A stretch of 64,000 nucleotides of DNA from Phoronis australis. Its lineage: Eukaryota; Animalia; Phoronida. The stretch is taken from assembly GCA_002633005.1 (NCBI GenBank), contig NMRA01000034.1:1100783-1164782 (forward strand), in the 5' to 3' direction. The translations under genes were made by a program, and so were the position numbers. This document shows positions 61,371 to 64,000 of the stretch, piece by piece (the stretch's first letter is position 1; each line of letters opens with the position of its first letter). The notes beneath the pieces are model-generated. The model worked only from the letters and a program-made list of their open reading frames with translations. It had not been told where the DNA came from and ran no database searches.

Positions 61371-63834
61371 GATTTCTGACCTCTACGTTCGTTATATGAA
61401 TATCATAACTAGGGTTGTCCATCATCGCCACCATCGTCGTCATAGCTGTCATCTTCGTCATCATCTCTGTCGTCGTCTTTTCTCGTCCTCTCGAACGTGT
61501 TTTTTTTATTTTCGCTTTTTTAAAATAACTAAAGATACAATTACACGATAATTTGAATAAAATACATCCAGATAACAATTCCTTGAAGATTACAATTAAA
61601 CATACTTGGACATTGCAAATTACACTTTAATACATTTGTGCTATAAGTAACATACGATATGAAAATGAGCTTCTGGATTCGCTGGATAACGAGTTGATCC
61701 AAGCGAGTATTTTATGTAAATGAGAAATCCATGTCATGTTGTCTGGCCAGGTTGTTGTTTGTTGCGTGAACTTTCCATGACCTGCTGCTAACGCACAGGT
61801 GCACTTTAACCGATTATACTGAATCTTAAGTACGCAGTATGTGTAGATGTGAAGGCGATTAAAGTGTTGGCAACCGTTCTATCTCTATTAACGCGTGGGG
61901 TTAACTAAAATCTTCATAAAATATAAAAATATTCAAAAGAAAAACAAATGACCGGATGACCACGGCCTAGTACAGACTCATAAGAATCAGGCAACTTGTG
62001 GAATCCTATTTTCAACGTATTCGCTCTTAGAAAAATAGGGCCATGGATGAAAAGATTTTTTAGTTCATTAAAAGGGGTTTGCTGTTTAGGGTGCAGAGAA
62101 AGTAATCACAAACTTTTAAACCTACCTCACCATCACAGAAAGCCGGGTTTTCCATTTCAACGTCCACTCCAGTTAAAGGTCACTACTAATGTATTCACTG
62201 AATCGACTTCAACATCCTATTCATTGTTCCCGCGTACAGGTCGTTTTTTTAACACGACAGACTCTCATTTTTATGATTATGCGCTATTTGCATGGAAGCA
62301 TCCATGTTATATACGACGTTTAAAATTTTTGTTCATGTCTCTTGCTTGTGTGTGCATTTTAAGAATGATTTATCGATGTTGGTAAATGGTGATTTTCATC
62401 ACCTAGCATTTTCCTAGAGTGTAAAAATCTAGAAATTTCCACTATCTCGATCTAATCTAAAATCACACTCCATTAAACTTGTCTAGCAAGTCTTTTGTGT
62501 TGATACACAGTACAGCGATTGGCTGGTCAGAGCTTATAGTCACACAAAAGTATCAACAGGTGAAAGATAGGTCTAATTTCACTGAAAGCCAACCGTTTTT
62601 CTCTATTCGAAGTTTTTTGTTGAAAGTATTTCATACCAAACACATCTGCTTCACGACATTTGTTGAAAATCGTTTGCAAATAGTTTTTAAATATCGGTTA
62701 GCGTCAAGGACACTGTTTATAAAGTTTTCCACTGTTAATCTGATAACGACACTGCTGTGTCCCGACTGCCCAATCAATCAGTTGGCATACTCATGACTAC
62801 ATTTAAGAGTAGGAGTATGAATACCATAGCATAGGGCCACATGTTTTTTACCACTCGGATTTCACCCTTTTACGTATAAACTGCGTATTTCCAGACTTCC
62901 ACACCACTATTTGTGGTACAAGAAAGATCACCGTGTTTTCGCGTATTTAGGTTTATCCGAAAAAATGAATTTTGCCAAAATATGTTTTTCTCCTTGTCTT
63001 TTCCACTAAGGTGCACGTATGTTCGTTCGACACAAAGTTCTTCTATTTCTGTATAACGTTATCGTCGTACCAAAAATAAAGATTTGTATCGGATGAGCAT
63101 GGTGCGTGAGTCGAAATCATAATTCTGTTCTGCCTCTCATCTACATGCGCGTGTGCCGTAAACAGGTTGTTCACTGTCAAGTACTTTCCAATAAATTGGC
63201 TGAATGTCACATTTTTGGATAATTGAATGATGAGATATACATTGTGCTGTTCTTAGCATTGACTACAGCAATAAAATATTGGAATTCGTTGTGTTTTTTG
63301 TAAGTTAATTACAGATACTCAATTCTCGCCATCGTTTACTAGTCATTCGCTGAAATCAAGGCCATTGTCGTTACCAGTTAAATACGTTTAGAATACTCGG
63401 CGATTTATCGAGTGGGGTTTAGCTCCCAGCAGAGGCCTTGTTCTAAAGCTCCCCAACACCCTCGACCCCACACCTCAGGACTCCTTCGACCCACAACCTC
63501 CTCGACCCAGGACTTGTGGCAATAGATGTACATGTATCTTTGCGCGTTTTACACATTTCATAATCATATAATGTCGTCGAGTGGCTTTCACATAAAACTA
63601 ACCTATACGCGCAAATCTGCTCTTGCTCAAGTCTGGTAGTTAAATGCAATAGCGGGTTGTGAGCATGCTATCGTTGTCACGGAAATACAATTTTTTTGTT
63701 TTCAAATTTTCCAAATCGACTCTCTTATTTGCAAGTAAACAGGGAAAAGTCAGCCAAGCTCACGACCAGACTTGTTGGTCCTGCAAGTCACTGCTTGTGC
63801 TATGTTCAGGTCCAGTAGATCTTTTGTAGACTGG

Positions 63835-63992
63835 CAGGGGCGGATCCAGGATTATGAGTTAGGGGGAACAGGGCAGATTATTAGCCAGGATTTTGCCCGA
63901 CAAACATTCGCACCCCCGTACTGTCACATGGAAACTGGGAGAAAGTTTTAGGGGGCCATGGCCCCCTTGGCCCCCCTCTAAATCCGCCACTG
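63835..63992. mobile_element. 158-bp hAT-like MITE (CAG.GGCGGAT family) with 5-bp TSD
   Basis: CAGGGGCGGATCCAG ... CTAAATCCGCCACTG flanked by ACTGG at 63830-63834 and 63993-63997; related ends at 32419, 34130, ~37726, 41949 and ~48552. Confidence 0.78.
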
Positions 63993-64000
63993 ACTGGGTC

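Overview
AT-rich, intron-containing animal genomic DNA, most likely a marine invertebrate draft assembly (the taxon cannot be fixed from sequence alone). It holds three protein-coding genes, all on the minus strand: (1) an ARHGAP12/27/9/15-family RhoGAP (SH3-WW-WW-WW-PH-RhoGAP; 17 coding exons reconstructed by hand in one continuous frame of about 822 aa, 395-24625, with one GC-AG intron); (2) an intronless RBM28/Nop4 four-RRM gene (28738-30993); (3) an SLC23/NAT nucleobase-ascorbate transporter (13 exons, 37370-47451, first exon not securely located). The rest is mobile-element debris: a CORE-SINE, hAT-like elements with 5-, 6- and 8-bp TSDs, a 5'-truncated RLE-type (HERO-like) retrotransposon, Helentron/HINE-like elements (one carrying a ~161-bp dimeric array), a degenerate THAP/Kolobok-like relic, and a near-perfect 1.7-kb palindrome built from a Crypton-like hairpin element. 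Four tandem duplications sit exactly on N/gap joins and are probably uncollapsed haplotypes. I cannot demonstrate a new biological system. The best leads are the nested-hairpin palindrome (52568-54260) and a possible shared-promoter/nested arrangement of intronless RBM28 inside the first intron of the RhoGAP.
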